Below, one piece after another: positions 16,733 to 26,552 of a DNA stretch of 34,719 bases. The notes beneath the pieces were generated by a model. It was not told where the DNA came from, did no database searches, and saw only the letters and a list, made by a program, of their open reading frames with translations. Where the stretch lies: NCBI GenBank assembly GCA_043739185.1, contig JAYUEN010000376.1, forward strand, positions 1-34,719, read 5' to 3'. Source of the stretch: Bdellovibrionales bacterium (GTDB lineage: Bacteria > Bdellovibrionota > Bdellovibrionia > Bdellovibrionales > JAMPXM01). The translations under genes and the position numbers were made by a program. Each line of letters starts with the position of its first letter. The stretch's first letter is position 1.

Positions 16733-17329
16733 ATGAAAAAACTCCTCCCGTGGACACAGAATTATTTGCTCTTGGCGGCTCCCTTTGTAATTACCATTAT
16801 GATTTGGGGTACAATTCAGCCCGAAGACGAAATTGCAAAATCAAACTTTTGGCTTTCGAGAATTCTCTGGGAAGTTTTGGCATGGCATCTGATGTTTTGG
16901 TTCACTACCTTGTTTCTCTTTTTACTTTCACTCTTAGTTGTTCCCAAGGCATCTGAAAAAACTCTCACTCAACTTGCTCAAATTAAAGAGCGGGATGAAC
17001 GTGAGGAGTTTATTACGGGGCGAGCTGCGAAAACCGCCTTTGTTTCTGGATTGGCTCTACTTTTGTTTCTTTTGTTTATTTCGATGCTAAGCCTTCAGAT
17101 CACGCAACTTCCAAAGGAACAAGCTATTTACGGTAAAACCGGAACATTGAACCTCGGTATGCATTTCAATCTAATTGATCAGCCCAAAGTAGAAGCGCCA
17201 TTGGCAGGAAAAATTGTTTTTGAGACCAGGGATATTCCAATTTCAAAATCTGGAATCATACTAGCCGTGCTGGTTTGGCAGCTTCTTGCTTTTCACTTAA
17301 GAGCAAAAAAGGAGAACGCCGCAGGCTAA
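16733..17329 (+). CDS. Membrane protein with DERE motif (DUF2178-like)
   Basis: About 4 TM segments; KERDEREEFITGRAA; directly follows the Xre gene, a common pairing. Confidence 0.7.
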   Translation: MKKLLPWTQNYLLLAAPFVITIMIWGTIQPEDEIAKSNFWLSRILWEVLAWHLMFWFTTLFLFLLSLLVVPKASEKTLTQLAQIKERDEREEFITGRAAKTAFVSGLALLLFLLFISMLSLQITQLPKEQAIYGKTGTLNLGMHFNLIDQPKVEAPLAGKIVFETRDIPISKSGIILAVLVWQLLAFHLRAKKENAAG

Positions 17330-17338
17330 CGGAGCACT

Positions 17339-17362
17339 GCGCCTCCAAAACTAAGCAGGTAC
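17339..17362. repeat. 24-bp dispersed REP-like repeat, copy 2
   Basis: Identical to 2436-2459; contains the TAG stop of the methyltransferase gene (17351-17353). Confidence 0.8.
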
Positions 17363-18289
17363 TTTTCGGAGCTCGAATATGAATTGCCACGACATAAGCC
17401 GCACTAGAGGAGTGCGTGTAAGCCAGGAGTCGACCCAATTGAAGAGTGCCAGCACAGGCCTTGAAAGGCCAGGAATACGGCTTGCGAAAACTGCGAGCGG
17501 AGCCAAAATATGAAAATATCGTATGCTGCCTACCTCGAAAAAACGCGATGCAAATTCAACATCTTTTAAAGACAAGATATGCGCCTTTTCCCATTCTGTT
17601 CTCATTGATGGCGTCAGATTGCGGTAGAGCTTAATCAGCGGATTATAATCGAGAGCCTCAATTGCAAGGATCACTCCTCCGGGCTTTAAAACCCTACGTA
17701 GCTCAGGAAAAGCATAACTCAAATCAAGGTGGTGGAGCATTCCACTGCAAATGATGACATCAAATGAATTGTCAGGAAGACCTGTGTTTTCACAATCGGC
17801 CTGCATAAATGAAACGCGATCGCTCAAGCCTAAGCTAGAGGCTTCTTGACTTGCATTTTGCACTGAAACGTCTGAAATATCGATCCCAACCGAAAACTCA
17901 GCTCCTAATTTTGCACTTCTAATTGCGAGTGGGCCGTTTCCGCAGGCGTAATCTAAAACCACTTTTCCGGGGAGGTGGGTTTGAAACCAAGAGGTAATAT
18001 AATCTTGGGAGAGCGCGGTTGTTTGATAGTACTTTTTGTTTCCGTGTAGGAGTTCGTAGGTATCGTTTGGCAGACTGGCGGTTAAGTTTTTATCACGATT
18101 TTGATTGTGAAATTCGAGCTCTTTCCATTTGCGATCACCGAGAAGTTTCTTTAGATCACGACCTTTGTAATTGAGCTTCAGTTTTTCAATCGTGGCTTTG
18201 AGATTGGTCAAAGAATTTGCAGCAGATTCAGCACTTGGCAATTTTGAAGTGCTTGGTGAATTTGAAGCGCCGGCAGTGGACTCAATCAT
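17351..18289 (-). CDS. Class I SAM-dependent methyltransferase
   Basis: VLDYACGNG (motif I), GIDIS, LPDNSFDVI, LHHL, RRVLKPGG. Likely start ATG 18289 with GGAGA upstream. Confidence 0.9.
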   Translation of the reverse strand: MIESTAGASNSPSTSKLPSAESAANSLTNLKATIEKLKLNYKGRDLKKLLGDRKWKELEFHNQNRDKNLTASLPNDTYELLHGNKKYYQTTALSQDYITSWFQTHLPGKVVLDYACGNGPLAIRSAKLGAEFSVGIDISDVSVQNASQEASSLGLSDRVSFMQADCENTGLPDNSFDVIICSGMLHHLDLSYAFPELRRVLKPGGVILAIEALDYNPLIKLYRNLTPSMRTEWEKAHILSLKDVEFASRFFEVGSIRYFHILAPLAVFASRIPGLSRPVLALFNWVDSWLTRTPLVRLMSWQFIFELRKVPA

Positions 18290-18387
18290 CTCAGTTAGAT
18301 CTCCGTCTTTAATCTTTTGATCTTCAGGTTTTAAAGCCTGTTTGCCAGGGGAGTCAAAGACAAAACGCCAAGTTCTAACTGGAGTAC

Positions 18388-18422
18388 GGGGCACCGCCCG
18401 CTTTTGCCAGGGGCACCGCCCG
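18388..18422. repeat. 13-bp direct repeat GGGGCACCGCCCG x2 (22-bp period)
   Basis: Copies at 18388-18400 and 18410-18422, GC-rich in an AT-rich intergenic context. Confidence 0.7.
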
Positions 18423-18427
18423 TTAGC

Positions 18428-18452
18428 AAAAAAAACGGCCCATCTGGGCCGT
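18428..18452 (-). terminator. Rho-independent terminator
   Basis: Minus strand ACGGCCC-AGAT-GGGCCGT followed by a T-run, about 30 bp downstream of the 18480 stop. Confidence 0.85.
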
Positions 18453-18479
18453 CTTAGAATCTGAATTTTATTATACTAA

Positions 18480-19388
18480 TTAATCATTTGCGCTAATCGT
18501 AAGCTTAGCCGCGGCGTCGCTTGCATCTGGCTTAAACCAGCAATTTGGACGCAAACCGAGCTTAAACTTCGGACCCACACATGAGTTTATGTGATAGTCG
18601 CGAATATCTAATTCTGCGTTTGCAGAAACTTGGCAGATTGAAGCTTGGTAGTAAGTATCCAATCGGCATTGGGCGGCTGGATGTGCGTCGTAAATGTCAG
18701 CCACCACATTTTTATCAGGAGTGGTAACTTGAGGTGGAGTTGAATCTTTAGAAAGAGAAGATAAAACTTTAGCTAAAATTGTTCCCGCATGAGCGGATCT
18801 TGCACAAAGCATAGCTTCTTTTAGGTTTGCAAAGTTAGCATTACATTGAGCCATGATTTCAGGTGCGACACCCAAGGCGCTGACAATTTTTTCGTTGTCA
18901 TCAGCAGCAAAAACTTTGCGAGCACATTTAAGAGCAGAGAAGTAGTCGGCGCCGCCCTCATTTGTTGCCCATCCCCAGCGAAGCGGACCCATATAAGGCT
19001 GACGACCTATGTGATGTCCGGTCTCGTGGCAAACGACCAGCATCATTCCGTCAGCAGTCATGCCTGGGTATCTCGCCAATCCACCATACATATTGATATA
19101 CCATTGATTCCAAAATCGAGTTGCGTTGGCATTGACGGTGGCATCTGTCCATAAACGATTCAATACTAAGGTTCCACCTTCTGCCGCAACGATTGGTTTA
19201 TAAACCGATTCGTAACGATTCATTACCGAGGTAAACTCTTGCTCGGTGATTCCGGTATTGGTAAAGCTCACCGGAATTTTCAAATTGTTTTCGGGTAAAA
19301 AACCCTTGCAAAGACTATCGTGTGCTAAAAAATAAGATACCGCTACAAAACTGACACTCAATATTCCCGTCACTAAAAATCGCTTCAT
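18480..19388 (-). CDS. Secreted zinc metalloprotease-like protein (HExxH, M48-like)
   Basis: Signal peptide; VNANA, MYGGL, CHETGHH, NEGGADYF, HP..QCRL; several paired Cys; GAGGGGG RBS. Confidence 0.8.
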   Translation of the reverse strand: MKRFLVTGILSVSFVAVSYFLAHDSLCKGFLPENNLKIPVSFTNTGITEQEFTSVMNRYESVYKPIVAAEGGTLVLNRLWTDATVNANATRFWNQWYINMYGGLARYPGMTADGMMLVVCHETGHHIGRQPYMGPLRWGWATNEGGADYFSALKCARKVFAADDNEKIVSALGVAPEIMAQCNANFANLKEAMLCARSAHAGTILAKVLSSLSKDSTPPQVTTPDKNVVADIYDAHPAAQCRLDTYYQASICQVSANAELDIRDYHINSCVGPKFKLGLRPNCWFKPDASDAAAKLTISAND

Positions 19389-19622
19389 TCAAATCCCCCC
19401 TCAAAAAATTAATAGAACTAAATTCGCAGACTAAAGTCTAAAGAGGCAGGGATTTTTGACTAGTAAAATCTACGCTCAAGAATAACAAACTAGACCTAGG
19501 GCGGTGCTAAGCTGTCTTCTTCTTATTTAGCCATAGAGTATTAAATTGTGGTGTTCCTAAAACGAATGAACTTAGCCGCAAATAAACTCGACCTTAGTGG
19601 GGTAAACGTAAAGAAAGAAGAC

Positions 19623-20756
19623 TCAGTTATTTTTCTTCAAAAATTCGATAATTCGATCAAGCAACTGAGTGTCGCGAATCATTTGCTGATAGTTGTGAGA
19701 AATCTCTTTTTGATCACTGGTTTGTTTCTTCAATTTCTGTAGTTTGCTTTCAACGCGAGCTTTTGTTGCCACATCAAAGGGCCCTTCGTTCATCGCATTT
19801 TCGATATATAAAAGTGTTTCGTAAGGAACCTTGATCTCGCCAATTTCAGCCACAATATGAGTCAAGATGGCTTCAAGTTTTAAGGCGACACGAATTGGAG
19901 CAGCAATTTCAGGGACACTCTTTGGCAAATAGGGCGTATTGAGCAAATCAGGATATTGTTTTGTTAAATTAGAATACCACTCTTCGAGATGTGGTGGAAG
20001 GGGTCCTTCATCTACCAGTTGAATAAAACCATTCATATTGACGATCCGGTAAATAAATTCGCGCAATTTTCTTCTTAATTTATGAAGACCCTTTTCAAGT
20101 TCATCATCATCAAATTCATTGTTTTTAATTTTATCATTCAATTCAGAAGCGAATTGAATGGCATCATCTACTAAAAATCTGCGATCAACTTCGGCTTGGG
20201 ACCAGGAGGCATACTGTGAAAATTCGTGAGCCAACTCTCTCATCAGATGAGCTGGCTTTTTTGCTGACCCCAGCTTATGCAACATCTTGCTAAATTGTTG
20301 AAGCGTTTGTAAGCGCTCGTTTTCAAAGCGGGCTGCCACTTCGGGCTCGTCTAACTTTGCCATTCGTTTTTGAAGCAAAGTATAAAGCTCAAATCTGCCA
20401 ATTAAAAATTCAAATTTCTTAAAAACTTTCACTTTTGGAGTAAAAAATTGCGGGTCATTCTTCTCATAGGACTGCGACAAAATTCTCAAATGAAAAAAAA
20501 GTCTGCGCCCATCGAGCTTCAGAATGCTCTCGAGCTGTTCAGCTAAACTTAGGTCTTCTACACTCTTAAAAAGCATTTCGATTGAGTGCAGTTCTCTATT
20601 GAAGATTTGCTTCCCATAAGAATGATCGGCCTGATATGGCAATGTTGTAAAAATGTCGACGCATTGATTGGCGGCGAACGAAGCTGGCAAGGCCAGTAGC
20701 AAAAAGCCACTCAAAATTAAAAAAGCAAAATATCGCGTACGCATAGAGGATTGCAA
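19623..20756 (-). CDS. Secreted helical protein with CHAD-like motif
   Basis: Signal peptide ending ASFA, then ANQCVDIF; all-helical composition; GLHKLRRKLR resembles the CHAD H-x-x-R motif. Confidence 0.55.
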   Translation of the reverse strand: MQSSMRTRYFAFLILSGFLLLALPASFAANQCVDIFTTLPYQADHSYGKQIFNRELHSIEMLFKSVEDLSLAEQLESILKLDGRRLFFHLRILSQSYEKNDPQFFTPKVKVFKKFEFLIGRFELYTLLQKRMAKLDEPEVAARFENERLQTLQQFSKMLHKLGSAKKPAHLMRELAHEFSQYASWSQAEVDRRFLVDDAIQFASELNDKIKNNEFDDDELEKGLHKLRRKLREFIYRIVNMNGFIQLVDEGPLPPHLEEWYSNLTKQYPDLLNTPYLPKSVPEIAAPIRVALKLEAILTHIVAEIGEIKVPYETLLYIENAMNEGPFDVATKARVESKLQKLKKQTSDQKEISHNYQQMIRDTQLLDRIIEFLKKNN

Positions 20757-21158
20757 AAAGCAGAATATATGCCAAGGCCGACGGCTTAAGCGCGATTTAA
20801 AACCTGATTGGCAGCCTTTTTTCGAGAGATTTTCAATTGTGCCAAATCAGGCCGCGGCAGGCCCAGAAATTTTTTCAAAAACTGGGGACTGTCTTCTTTT
20901 GGGTGAGATCGTTTTAGCTCTAGATTTTGAAGCAGTTTTAACGGCAGCAGCGGCAGTTAACAGTCTATCTGTTTCAGTCTTTGACTCTGGATCTGCTGCC
21001 GTTAACTGATTCCGGCCTGCCAGACCCTGAAGTTTTCTAATTTTTACCAACTAAAAAAAGAAATCCGTGCATAGCTTGATAATCCAAATAATCAATGCTC
21101 TAATTTTTTCAAGCCGCAAGAACGAAAGAATCCCAAAACGATTCTCACTGGAGTAAAT

Positions 21159-21368
21159 ATGACTAAGAAAACAATGGGTGAAACCCTAGACGAAATGAGA
21201 AAAGTTGCTGAACAGCAAATGCAAATTTCGACCACCACGACAAACTACAAGGGTCGAATCAAAGCAGTTTTTGCTGACTTCATAGAATTCGAAGACCGCG
21301 GTAAAGTTCAAGCCAATATAATCTACATTCCTTTCAACGCTATTGAATCTTTTTGCTTTCTTGCCTAA
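21159..21368 (+). CDS. Small Sm/LSm-fold-like protein
   Basis: [22 protein letters not shown]...[12 protein letters not shown] matches Sm1/Sm2-like patterns (DUF2642/Hfq-like); 3' end overlaps yyaL. Confidence 0.6.
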   Translation: MTKKTMGETLDEMRKVAEQQMQISTTTTNYKGRIKAVFADFIEFEDRGKVQANIIYIPFNAIESFCFLA

Positions 21369-23343
21369 TCAGCTCGTTTAGTTGGCTGAGCTCATGAGTC
21401 GGCTTTTGACAGCTGTGATCTCGGCAAACATAAACCGTTGATTTATTTTCGAGCGTGGGTCGATCTTTCAGAATGGGCAGTTCAGAGACTTTAGCACTGG
21501 CAATTATTTGATGTGGTCGAAATCCGGTGCGGAGCTTTTCATATAACTTTTGCAAATGAGATTCATCATCACTTTTAATAATGGCAATTTGTTGTGGATG
21601 ACTTTCAATATAGTCGTAGGCCATTAAGGCTTGTACAAATTCTCCCGGATAGAGCTTCAATTCCTTAGGAAACTTTTGCAGCAATGAGAGTGCTTGATTG
21701 CGATAATCCAAATTGAAATAAAAATCTGAGAGTCGCAGTAGATTGTAAAGCGTCATTGAATTTCCTGAAGGCGTCACATTGTCGAGAAAGGACTTTTCAC
21801 GAGCAATCAAATAAGGATCCTGTCCGCTACTGCAAAAGTAATCTTGAGCTAAAGGGTCCAGAAAAATGCGATTTTGAATTTGCTGAAGCTCGAGGGCATA
21901 TTTTAAAAAATCTTCATCGAAATCGGTTTGATATAGTTCAATGAGAGCATCGATAAAAAACGCATAGTCCTCGAGGACAGCAAATTGTGAGGCTTCACCT
22001 TCTATCCATTGATGAAAGAGCTCACCTTGAGGCGTACGCATTTCACTTAACACAAATCGCGCCGCAGCCTTTGCAGCATTGGTATACTTTGGTTCATTTA
22101 ATGTCGCGCCGGCCTTGGCAAGTGCTGAAATCATCAGACCATTCCAAGAAACCAGAATCTTTTCATCGCGTAAGGGTTTTTCACGAGCCAGACGTACACC
22201 AAATAGTTTATCTTGTGCCGAGGCTAGCTCGGGACTTATATTTTTTCGAAAGCGATTCGGCAATAATTCGAGAATATTCTTTCCTTCGAAATTTCCTTCG
22301 TGAGTCAGCGAATAGGTTTCGCAGAATTTTTTAAATTCAGTTGGTATCAGTGCCTTTTCGACTTCTTCATATGTCCAAATATAAAAAGTTCCCTCAACGC
22401 CTTCGCTGTCGGCATCTTCGGCAGAATAAAAGGCACCGCCCGGAGCTTGTAAATCGCGCAGGACATATTCGAGGCTCTCCTCGAGCACAAGGCGATATTC
22501 GAGTTCCCCGGTAATTTGAAAGCCTTCAAGAAATAGTTGCGCCATTGCCGCTTGATCGTAGAGCATTTTCTCAAAGTGCGGAATGAGCCATTTTTCATCT
22601 GTGGCGTAACGGTGAAAACCGCCGCCCAAATGATCGTAGATTCCTCCTTGAGAAATAGCATCCAGAGTCCTTTTTACCATCACAAGAGCTTTTGAATCCG
22701 GAGCTCGCAAATGGTAGCGCATGAGCAGGCGCAAGCCATAAGCAGGGATGAATTTTGGAGCACCAGAACGCCCGCCTTTTTCAAAATCGAATGCCTCTAA
22801 AAAACCCTCATAGAATTTCTCGAATATATCAGGCGTAAGACTTCCGATTTGAGAGTTTTGATCTTTCATTTTCAGCCATTCAGTAATCTTCCGTCCGGTT
22901 GCGTGAATTTGTTCAGGACTCTTTTGCCAAACTCGCTGAATTTCTTGAAGCAAATCGATGAAATTTAATTTAGGAAAATAAGTTCCACCAAAAAAAGCCT
23001 CTCGGTGAGGAGTCAAAATCATATTGAGCGGCCATCCCCCCTGACGATTGAGCCCTACCAAAATATTCATATAAATCGAATCAACATCTGGTCGTTCTTC
23101 ACGATCGACTTTAATTGAAATAAAATGTTCATTTAAGACTTGAGCGACGTCATCTTGAGTGAAAGATTCGTGCTCCATCACATGGCACCAATGACAAGTT
23201 GAGTAACCAATTGATAAAAAAATTAATTTGTTTTCTTTGATCGCTTTTTCAAAAGCTTCGGCACCCCAGGCATGCCACCAAACCGGATTGCTGGCATGTT
23301 GTTTTAAGTACGGGCTCTTTTCAAGCTTGAGATTATTTTTCAT
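21340..23343 (-). CDS. yyaL: Thioredoxin-domain protein YyaL/DUF255 (SPATA20 family)
   Basis: [67 protein letters not shown]. Confidence 0.95.
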   Translation of the reverse strand: MKNNLKLEKSPYLKQHASNPVWWHAWGAEAFEKAIKENKLIFLSIGYSTCHWCHVMEHESFTQDDVAQVLNEHFISIKVDREERPDVDSIYMNILVGLNRQGGWPLNMILTPHREAFFGGTYFPKLNFIDLLQEIQRVWQKSPEQIHATGRKITEWLKMKDQNSQIGSLTPDIFEKFYEGFLEAFDFEKGGRSGAPKFIPAYGLRLLMRYHLRAPDSKALVMVKRTLDAISQGGIYDHLGGGFHRYATDEKWLIPHFEKMLYDQAAMAQLFLEGFQITGELEYRLVLEESLEYVLRDLQAPGGAFYSAEDADSEGVEGTFYIWTYEEVEKALIPTEFKKFCETYSLTHEGNFEGKNILELLPNRFRKNISPELASAQDKLFGVRLAREKPLRDEKILVSWNGLMISALAKAGATLNEPKYTNAAKAAARFVLSEMRTPQGELFHQWIEGEASQFAVLEDYAFFIDALIELYQTDFDEDFLKYALELQQIQNRIFLDPLAQDYFCSSGQDPYLIAREKSFLDNVTPSGNSMTLYNLLRLSDFYFNLDYRNQALSLLQKFPKELKLYPGEFVQALMAYDYIESHPQQIAIIKSDDESHLQKLYEKLRTGFRPHQIIASAKVSELPILKDRPTLENKSTVYVCRDHSCQKPTHELSQLNELIRQESKKIQ

Positions 23344-23354
23344 AATTTACTTTC

Positions 23355-24260
23355 CTAAAAAAACATCGAAGCAAAAAACGAGATGCCTTTGTCGGTGTCC
23401 GTCACCTGGGCACTCGCCTGAGTCAATTTATAGCTTGATTCTGTAATCAATGCTCCCAGGGCTAAGAGATGAAACTCAACAAAGCCGCCATATCTCCAGC
23501 GCGAACTCTGCCAACTGCCGCCAATTGCGGAGCTGTCTTGTGAAGGCGTGGTGGTGAATTCGACTTGGCTACCCAGAAAAGACAAAAGATAGAGTTTAAA
23601 TTCGGCGCCATAATACAGCGATCCGAGAGAGACCGCATTATTATTGGCGGTAGCCCACAGCCCGGTTTCATTTAAACTCATATAGCCAGCCTTTAATAAG
23701 AGCCCCGTATCTTGAGAGCTGCGGCCGAAGGGTCGAAAAATCAAAGCTGCGCCAGTCTCTGCAAGTTTAAATTGAGATTGTGTCGAGCTTGCATCGACTG
23801 TGAATTGCTGAGTTTGCAAGGAATATAGCTCGAGACCCACGTCAATATTGATCGATCGCCTCGGGCCACCTTGAGAGACAAAATCATTTGCGAGAAACTG
23901 CACCCGAGCTAAACTCGTCTGCGCCTTACCAAGATTTGAACCGTCATCTCGATTTAAACTTGCGGACTCGGACATATAAGTTAAGACAAGGTCCGGATGA
24001 ATTTGAAACCCGCTACTCGTTGTATTTCCGTACTTCGCATTTTGCGCAGAAATAATTTTTTTCTGATTGGTCAAATAACTGATCAGATCAAATCTCTCAG
24101 CTTTGCGGTCCGAATACTTCTGATTGAAAGACCCGCTTCCTGAACTGTTACTTGAAACTTCGTTTGTAGATCCGTGAACGCCGTGCTCACCGGCAAAGAC
24201 CGATTGCGAAAATGCAAAAAAAATAATGAAAGAGCTCGCATAAAAAAATATTATTTTCAT
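23355..24260 (-). CDS. Hypothetical outer-membrane beta-barrel-like protein
   Basis: Likely start ATG 24260 with signal peptide ending VFA; alternating beta-strand pattern; C-terminal Phe (FFASMFF). Confidence 0.6.
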   Translation of the reverse strand: MKIIFFYASSFIIFFAFSQSVFAGEHGVHGSTNEVSSNSSGSGSFNQKYSDRKAERFDLISYLTNQKKIISAQNAKYGNTTSSGFQIHPDLVLTYMSESASLNRDDGSNLGKAQTSLARVQFLANDFVSQGGPRRSINIDVGLELYSLQTQQFTVDASSTQSQFKLAETGAALIFRPFGRSSQDTGLLLKAGYMSLNETGLWATANNNAVSLGSLYYGAEFKLYLLSFLGSQVEFTTTPSQDSSAIGGSWQSSRWRYGGFVEFHLLALGALITESSYKLTQASAQVTDTDKGISFFASMFF

Positions 24261-24555
24261 ATTAAGAACTTTTACCCTTATACAACTCAGTTGTTGATAA
24301 CCTTTAATCGAGAGGCTCTGAGCCATCTTTCTATTGCATTGTTTTCATTTACTCATTCAGATTCATACCACTGTAAAATCTTATTTGCCCACCGAAAATG
24401 CAAGTTGGCATTTTGACGCTTTCACGCATTTTGAGCTTAGTAGAGCCTGGTCGAATTGCCAAATTCGTGATTTAAGGACGTCGATAACTCCATTTTGAGA
24501 TTGGGATTTGCGCGGGACTGCGTTGTTCGCGGTCCCATTTACAAATTATACTACA

Positions 24556-26448
24556 TCAAGCCGGCTTTTTCGTTTCCTCAAGAGGTATTGAGCGATTGAC
24601 CGGAGTTTTTTCGAAAACATTGCGTGCACTATATGCAAAGAATAGATTTTCATCGGCCTTTTTAACATAAAGAACTTTTGTATTATAACTTTTAAGTCGA
24701 TCTTTTGAGAGCTTGGTGAAAACCGCGCCATTTCTCAAATAAAGAATATGTTTATTATTCATTGGCATATAAATGAAAATATCAAAATAAAGAATTTTGT
24801 CTTCTTCAAAGCGCTCAATTGGAACAGGCACAAGATCTTCATCTATAAAATTCTGCGGCAAATCTTCAACTGGCACAAAAGCAAAAAGGATTTCTTCGTT
24901 GCCAATTTGAGATTGAATGACAAAATCTGCTTTTTCTTTGGTCCATTTTTTAAATGGTACGGCATCGAGCTTGAGTTCTAAGACTCCGCACAAAGTAGAG
25001 AGAGCTTCATTTTGGGCTTCCATCTCTTTGCCTAGATTGTCGAAAACTTTTTTCATGAATTTGGGATTGCTAACATCACTTGCTTGCCCCGAAACCAAGT
25101 ATCCCTTAAATCGAGAACTCTTAATAACTGAAACCGTGAGATTTGAAACTTCATCTATCAAAATTGGCGCCTCAAAACTTTGGACTTCTGATTTCATCGC
25201 CAATGCGATCGCATTATTTACACTTTTTTCAAGTAATGTTTGAGCTGCCTTTCCGCCAATGCTTGCATTTTTATCTGGCAGAGGAATTTGGGTAACATCG
25301 GTTTTCGGAAGATGAACTATTTTTGGAGCGGGAGCAGTAACAGGCATCGGAGCAGGCGCTGGTTTCTCTACTTTGGCGACCACCGGAGCCGGAGGCACTA
25401 GCTTTACGCCATCCTCTGGCTTGGCGTCTTTATCCTTGGCCTTAGGAAAGCCCATTACACTTACAGGCTTTTTTGCAATTAAAGACGGTGCGGGCTCTAC
25501 TTTAACTTCGGGTTTTTCAACCACCTCGGAGCTTACAACTTCAGGAGCCGTTGGCTTTTCATCTAGCTTAGGCTCGAATGAATCGAGATCGATATCATCA
25601 ATTTCATCTGTAAGATCGGACTCCGTTTCGTAATTTATAGTTTCAGAATAATCCTGAAATGAACTCAGGATATCCGCAGAGGCCGATGTCTCAGACATAA
25701 AAACATAGCTTCGTTCTTTTGCGTTTGCCTCTTCAGTCCCTGCCAGCCATTTATCTGGCGGCTTTTCGCCTTTGTAATAATAGTATTGCGGTTTGCCTGA
25801 CTTATAAATAACAGTTTCCCAAATTTGATTCGCTGAATTTGGAGAATTGACTCGAACATGCCAAACCGTTTCGACCGGAATTTCGTTTCTCTTTGGCCGA
25901 CGGTATTCAACTCCCCCTATAAGAGTTTTATCTCTGGTTTTAACTTTTTTCTTTGCCGCTTGGCCCGCTGCCTTTGCCGTGGTTCGTCCCAGTGCCAATT
26001 GAATTCGGTTGTATAAATTTACTCCGCCAACTGGATACAAAATCACATTCGGAAGGCCGCTCGACAGCATCGCCGCTGCTGATTTTGTTGACTCATCCTC
26101 GCCTAAGATATAACAAATGGCCGAAAATTTTTGTGTGATAACAGAATGTACTTTTTTTATGTCGGTGTTTTTGAGATTCCAGCTGATCAATAAAACATCG
26201 GGCTTGAAATTCGACAGCTCGCGAATGCCGTCCATTAGAGTATGGGTTTGTTTGATCGTATAATCCCGCTTCTTCAAATAACTCAAGACGCCGGTGAGAC
26301 TTGAATTCTCATTGATCAAAGCAAGAACTTTGGTCGTTTGACCTGACTCTGAAGTAATCACCGGAGTTTCAGACGCACCCGGTTTTGAATTTGGTTTTAT
26401 AGAACCGCTTTTTGGTTTCATACTCTTGGGACTATTCGGAATTTTCAA
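24556..26448 (-). CDS. Multidomain signalling protein with degenerate receiver domain
   Basis: N-terminal CheY-like pattern (KVLALINE..PDVLLISWNL..ILYP) lacking the phospho-Asp; acidic and Pro/Ala/Lys linker; C-terminal FDIFIYMPMNNKHILY..G domain. Start uncertain (TTG 26448 or ATG 26421). Confidence 0.6.
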   Translation of the reverse strand: MKIPNSPKSMKPKSGSIKPNSKPGASETPVITSESGQTTKVLALINENSSLTGVLSYLKKRDYTIKQTHTLMDGIRELSNFKPDVLLISWNLKNTDIKKVHSVITQKFSAICYILGEDESTKSAAAMLSSGLPNVILYPVGGVNLYNRIQLALGRTTAKAAGQAAKKKVKTRDKTLIGGVEYRRPKRNEIPVETVWHVRVNSPNSANQIWETVIYKSGKPQYYYYKGEKPPDKWLAGTEEANAKERSYVFMSETSASADILSSFQDYSETINYETESDLTDEIDDIDLDSFEPKLDEKPTAPEVVSSEVVEKPEVKVEPAPSLIAKKPVSVMGFPKAKDKDAKPEDGVKLVPPAPVVAKVEKPAPAPMPVTAPAPKIVHLPKTDVTQIPLPDKNASIGGKAAQTLLEKSVNNAIALAMKSEVQSFEAPILIDEVSNLTVSVIKSSRFKGYLVSGQASDVSNPKFMKKVFDNLGKEMEAQNEALSTLCGVLELKLDAVPFKKWTKEKADFVIQSQIGNEEILFAFVPVEDLPQNFIDEDLVPVPIERFEEDKILYFDIFIYMPMNNKHILYLRNGAVFTKLSKDRLKSYNTKVLYVKKADENLFFAYSARNVFEKTPVNRSIPLEETKKPA

Positions 26449-26552
26449 TTTTATTAATGAAAAAACCTTAAGGAATCTCGATATGAGACTGGTCGCTTTA
26501 TTAAACTAATTTATATTTAATTTGAAGTTTTACTTTGCGACCTTAGGCTAGC

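Noticed and set aside
20847..21050. Minus-strand ORF ending in AAA-stop and a CAGGCCGGAA..GCAGC segment, suggesting tmRNA or SRP RNA
   Set aside because: No tRNA-like ends for tmRNA, and the SRP helix-8 pairing around the GGAA loop is absent. Retained only as a generic structured region.
21076..21095. TTGAT-N10-ATCAA inverted repeat upstream of the Sm-like gene
   Set aside because: The spacer is wrong for FNR/CRP (N4), it is a single occurrence, and chance is plausible.
23182..23196. CHWCH in the 667-aa protein as a haem c site
   Set aside because: It is the conserved thioredoxin-like motif of cytoplasmic YyaL/DUF255, which has no signal peptide.
24514..24536. Hairpin GGGACTGCG-TTGTT-CGCGGTCCC as a terminator
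   Set aside because: Flanking genes are on the minus strand, where the stem has a mismatch and no U-tract follows.
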